From: a virus
Taxonomy: Duplodnaviria > Caudoviricetes
Reading direction: 5' to 3' (one strand)
DNA: 58,911 nucleotides
Virus record (IMG/VR): IMGVR_UViG_3300036853_000162
Coordinates: 1-58,911 of that record
Shown here: positions 55,652 to 58,911 of the stretch, one piece after another
How positions within the stretch are numbered: the first letter of the stretch is position 1
Layout of the letters: the number at the start of each line of letters is the position of its first letter
Position numbers and translations under genes: made by a program
Notes under the pieces: generated by a model
The model's database searches: none
The model's input: only the letters and a program-made list of their open reading frames with translations
Told to the model about the DNA's origin: nothing

Positions 55652-55918
55652 ATGCCCACACAAGCAATCGGCTCGCCCGTCATGGCAGAGCCGTCCTATC
55701 CCATCGCAGGCGAGCTGCATGGCCGGGCCGCTCGCCATATCCAGATGGCCATGGGGGCACTGAGCGTCCTCTACGCCTACAGGCAGCAGGGATGGCTGCC
55801 CTACGACACCGTAGCCTACGCGGACCCCGAGGCAGCATCCGACGTACTAGCTGTCCTGCGGAAACTCCGCGACGAGTTGACGGCGGCGCTGAATGAAGCA
55901 GAGGAGGTCACGCAATGA
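55652..55918 (+). CDS. Hypothetical protein
   Basis: Coupled to the next gene by an ATGA overlap. Confidence 0.6.
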   Translation: MPTQAIGSPVMAEPSYPIAGELHGRAARHIQMAMGALSVLYAYRQQGWLPYDTVAYADPEAASDVLAVLRKLRDELTAALNEAEEVTQ

Positions 55919-56211
55919 GCATCCTCCCTGAGCGCTTCCCGCAAGACTTCCGCAAGACGGACTCGGAAACCGCCGCATGGCTAGACACCATATCCAAGCC
56001 GACCACATATGCCACCCTGGAGCCCAGTACCAACGGCTGGCTTGCCCGCATCCTTGAGCCCGGCAAAGCACCCTGCTATTTCGTGCCCTCCAAACACGAC
56101 CGGATTGCCACCAAAGGCGGCCTCGTGCGTGCCGTCAACCGGGCACATCCCGGCGTGCTCTACCTCTCGGAGAGACTGTTCAATGCCCGCGTAGAGGAGG
56201 CTCAATCATGA
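55915..56211 (+). CDS. Hypothetical protein
   Basis: GGAGG RBS and ATGA overlaps. Confidence 0.65.
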   Translation: MSILPERFPQDFRKTDSETAAWLDTISKPTTYATLEPSTNGWLARILEPGKAPCYFVPSKHDRIATKGGLVRAVNRAHPGVLYLSERLFNARVEEAQS

Positions 56212-56651
56212 GCAGAGAGCAGATCGCCAACTGGTGCCGCCACTACAATGGCATATCTGGCTTTGTGTGCCGGGCAAACGTGCGCTACGACGATGTAAAA
56301 GGTGCTGGCCGTGGCATGGCGGCATATCCCTGCTTCAAGGATAGCAACTGTGCTGAGCGCTGCTCGTCTGTCTCATTCCTCTCAGAGCAGGAGGTTGACA
56401 AAGAGAACGCGAGACAGAACGCCCATGCCGCTGCTTTCATCCGTGAGTTGACCGAGGGCAAGACCTGCCCGCACTGTCACGCGCCAATTACAGAACTCTA
56501 TCAAGTCGGGCGCTGTGTCTACAATCGCGGTTGCCATTGTCGCCAGTATCAGGGCGTCGTACCTCGCGACAGGCGCACCGCAGCCGATCAGGAGCAGATT
56601 GACGAAGCATCGCTCTGGTCGCCACTGGAAGAAGAGGAGGCACAATCATGA
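56208..56651 (+). CDS. Cys-rich hypothetical protein
   Basis: WCRHYNG, CPHC, GRCVY..GCHCRQYQG. Confidence 0.7.
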   Translation: MSREQIANWCRHYNGISGFVCRANVRYDDVKGAGRGMAAYPCFKDSNCAERCSSVSFLSEQEVDKENARQNAHAAAFIRELTEGKTCPHCHAPITELYQVGRCVYNRGCHCRQYQGVVPRDRRTAADQEQIDEASLWSPLEEEEAQS

Positions 56652-56842
56652 GCCTGAAACTCCTGCTCTACGCCCTGGAACGCGCCGTCATGACCTACGC
56701 CGACACACTCGCGCCCGCTGCCCTCACCCGTGCCCGTGAGCATCTCGCCCACATGCGGGCCGGGCTCGACCACGTGGAGATACTGCTGGCGGAACTGGAA
56801 GCAGGACCACCAAAGAAACAGGAGGTTGGCCATGCCGAGTAA
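56648..56842 (+). CDS. Hypothetical protein
   Basis: GGAGG RBS and overlap. Confidence 0.6.
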   Translation: MSLKLLLYALERAVMTYADTLAPAALTRAREHLAHMRAGLDHVEILLAELEAGPPKKQEVGHAE

Positions 56843-57053
56843 CCACATGCACGCGCCCATCATTCTGACCCTGCTCTGCACGAAGCCGCCGCACACCGTC
56901 ACAGAGATCGCTCTGGCCACGGGACAGCATCGCACGTCAATCAGCCAGCGTCTCGCATCCATGCAGGCTCAGGGACTCGTACGGCGTGCTGGCAGATACA
57001 GAGTCACCCCGCAAGGACTAGCAACACTCGGAAGAGAGGCTCAGAAAAATTAG
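56832..57053 (+). CDS. Small winged-HTH protein
   Basis: TVTEIALATG.HRTSISQRL..M...GLV....RYRVTPQG. Confidence 0.75.
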   Translation: MPSNHMHAPIILTLLCTKPPHTVTEIALATGQHRTSISQRLASMQAQGLVRRAGRYRVTPQGLATLGREAQKN

Positions 57054-57065
57054 AGGAGTAACCAC

Positions 57066-57635
57066 ATGGATAAAATACCTACGCTGTTTATGCGTAATCC
57101 CGACAACATGCAGCGCGTCACCCGCGATATCAATCCCGATGCCGTATGGGCGCTCTCCGCCCTCGTAGTCCCGACCGTCAAGAAAGATGGCACGAACGTC
57201 CGGGTGACGGTCCTCTCCGGCCTGTGCATCGAGGTGGAGAAACGCCGCAATCCGACCCGCGAAGAGAAAGCATCCGGTGCAGAGCCCGGTTATGTCCTTG
57301 CAAGCCGGGACGACCCATCTGACAAGCATCTCTTTGCCTCCGTCCTCGCCACCGACTTCAGCGCATGGCCCGATGGTGAATGGCCATGTGAGGCGCTTGG
57401 CCCGAAAATCCAGGGCGGCATCGAGAGCAGCATTCCCTGCCTCTATCCGTTCTCCTGGTCGCCTGAGCCCATCCTGTACACGATCCCGCTCACCTACGAT
57501 GACATAGCGGCCTATTTGGCCGCATACCGGATCGAGGGTATCGTCTGGCACGAGCAGGGCGGGTTGGGAAGAATGGTCAAAATCAAACGGCGCGATTTCG
57601 GCTTCCCATGGCCACCGAAGGAGACGACACCATGA
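57066..57635 (+). CDS. ATP-dependent RNA ligase-like protein (DUF5565-like)
   Basis: KIPTLF, KKDGTN (KxDG), EALGPKIQG, EGIVWH, KIKRRDFG. Confidence 0.8.
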   Translation: MDKIPTLFMRNPDNMQRVTRDINPDAVWALSALVVPTVKKDGTNVRVTVLSGLCIEVEKRRNPTREEKASGAEPGYVLASRDDPSDKHLFASVLATDFSAWPDGEWPCEALGPKIQGGIESSIPCLYPFSWSPEPILYTIPLTYDDIAAYLAAYRIEGIVWHEQGGLGRMVKIKRRDFGFPWPPKETTP

Positions 57636-58033
57636 GCAAAGCAATCAAGTTTCGCGCCTGGACTGGCCAGGAGATGATCTATCAGGAGAAGCAATATCTT
57701 GCGTCGTTCATCGGTCGCATCGTTCCGAAGATCATGCTACACCATGGCATCGACGACTTCAGACAGCACGAGAGCTATCTACCCAATGGCGGCGACATCA
57801 GCGAGTATCTGACGCAATTCACTGGCTTAACTGACATGGCAGGACGAGAGATCTACGAGGGCGACATCGTGACTCTTGCTCACAACGATGGCCAGTGGAT
57901 TATCGAATGGGACGAAGACGGCTATCACCGCGCCAATCCTGCACGTACCTACTTTCTGGCAGGTATCGATGCGGAGCAATGCACAGTGATCGGCAATATC
58001 TACGAGACATCATCAGAGGAGACGACACCATAG
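57632..58033 (+). CDS. YopX-family protein (close paralog of 40734..41138)
   Basis: IKFRAW, QFTGL, EIYEGDI, VIGNIYE. Confidence 0.9.
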   Translation: MSKAIKFRAWTGQEMIYQEKQYLASFIGRIVPKIMLHHGIDDFRQHESYLPNGGDISEYLTQFTGLTDMAGREIYEGDIVTLAHNDGQWIIEWDEDGYHRANPARTYFLAGIDAEQCTVIGNIYETSSEETTP

Positions 58034-58122
58034 CCACATAAAGGACAACGCCCATGCCCACATATTTTCAGAGCGAGAAGCACAGCTATAGCAGCAATAA
58101 TCGGCAGAGATCCGCAGAAAGC

Positions 58123-58151
58123 TTGACATCTGCGCAAGGATCGCATATACT
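58123..58151 (+). promoter_or_regulatory. Sigma70-type promoter
   Basis: TTGACA-N17-TATACT. Confidence 0.78.
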
Positions 58152-58192
58152 AAGCATGGGTCAGCAATGGCCCAAAGGAGGATGTCGTGATA

Positions 58193-58399
58193 ATGTCAGA
58201 AGTCGTGAAGTATCTCACGCAAGAGGAGGTAGCAGAAGAACTCAGAGTTTCCGTAGACACAGTGACCCGCTGGATCAAATCGGGTCAACTGGTCGGCTAC
58301 CGAATCTCCAGGAACGCTTACCGCATCAAGCGGCAAGACCTGGATGCCTTTATGGAGGCTCGGAAAAGCACGAAACCACCGTTGGCAGAGGAGAGCTAA
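58193..58399 (+). CDS. HTH_17 excisionase-like DNA-binding protein
   Basis: YLTQEEVAEELRVSVDTVTRWIKSGQL...YRIK..DLDAF; AGGAGG RBS. Confidence 0.88.
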   Translation: MSEVVKYLTQEEVAEELRVSVDTVTRWIKSGQLVGYRISRNAYRIKRQDLDAFMEARKSTKPPLAEES

Positions 58400-58578
58400 G
58401 CGGAATATTTGGTTTCTCAGCAGCAACCCGGTCCAACACGCCCGTGACTTGGAACCTCCCAGGCGAGAAGGACCGTAGTAAGTCGCTGCCATGTACCCAT
58501 TTTAGCAGCAATGTACCACGGAATGCAACGATTCACCACGCATTGCAATGCTTCGATGGGTATGGGGTGGCGTGGAGG

Positions 58579-58911
58579 ATGAACCCCATCATGATCAAGA
58601 CTACCCCGGTGCAAGGCACCTATACGCTGATCACGCCCACGGGCGAGCAGATCAGCATCTCCGACCTGATGGGCCGCACCGTAGAGGCGCTGGCCAATGA
58701 TACGTTTCATGCGCCCCTGTATCAGAGCGAGCCGCAGCAACGTCTGGCGGCGTCGTATTGCCGCAAGTGCCAGGAGGCCGCGCCCGAGATCGGCGTGTTC
58801 TGCACGGACTGCTTTGCAGTGGTGATGGAGCAAGAGCGAGAATACGACTTCGGGACGACGTGGTATGGGCGCGAATGGGCGATAAGCCTGCGTGAGTGGG
58901 AGCAGCGGAAG
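58579..58911 (+). CDS. 5' part of a Zn-finger hypothetical protein that crosses the junction and ends at 364
   Basis: GGAGG plus ATG at 58579 (alternative ATG 58591); the frame continues into ORF 17..364 with CRKC...CTDC motifs. Confidence 0.7.
   Translation, partial: MNPIMIKTTPVQGTYTLITPTGEQISISDLMGRTVEALANDTFHAPLYQSEPQQRLAASYCRKCQEAAPEIGVFCTDCFAVVMEQEREYDFGTTWYGREWAISLREWEQRK
58653..58911 (+). repeat. Terminal direct repeat, right copy
   Basis: Matches nt 1-259 with 4 mismatches; indicates a circular or terminally redundant complete genome. Confidence 0.95.

Noticed and set aside
1-58911. Stop-codon reassignment or introns/inteins in core genes
   Set aside because: TerL, portal, capsid, DnaB and tape measure genes are uninterrupted and of normal length in the standard code

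Overview
The window is an apparently complete, circularly closed temperate tailed-phage genome. The unit length is about 58,652 bp, because nt 1-259 recur at 58653-58911 with 4 T/C mismatches. Its gene set is siphovirus-like. The rightward arm (47.9 kb through the junction to 10.3 kb) carries HTH regulators, an HNH nuclease, an RNA-ligase-like gene, a C5 DNA methyltransferase, a lambda-O-like initiator, DnaB, an ArsR regulator and a 4-TM membrane protein. A moron-rich zone lies at 10.4-14.6 kb. The leftward late arm (41.7 to 14.7 kb) carries a ParB-MTase, TerS/TerL, portal, scaffold, capsid, head-tail and tail genes, tape measure, holin-like genes, a DUF1906-type endolysin, a 14-aa-repeat protein and a GIY-YIG endonuclease. 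A tyrosine integrase sits at 41.9-42.9 kb, followed by a leftward early block (Sak4-like AAA ATPase, RelA/SpoT-type HD hydrolase, SWIM finger). Protein style suggests a Chloroflexota (Ktedonobacteria-like) host; this is inference only. The strongest unexplained signals are: (1) an 8.3-10.0 kb module combining a switchable leader, a 4-TM protein with a canonical -1 frameshift signal and two 13-15-13 dyad DNA sites; (2) a ~380-nt highly structured ORF-free RNA with a tRNA T-arm at 52.05-52.43 kb; (3) a conserved ~35-bp motif separating small gene cassettes at 49.3-50.8 kb; (4) Acr/Aca-like autoregulated morons; (5) twin perfect palindromes inside the ParB-MTase gene. All family assignments come from motifs recognised by eye; no searches were run.
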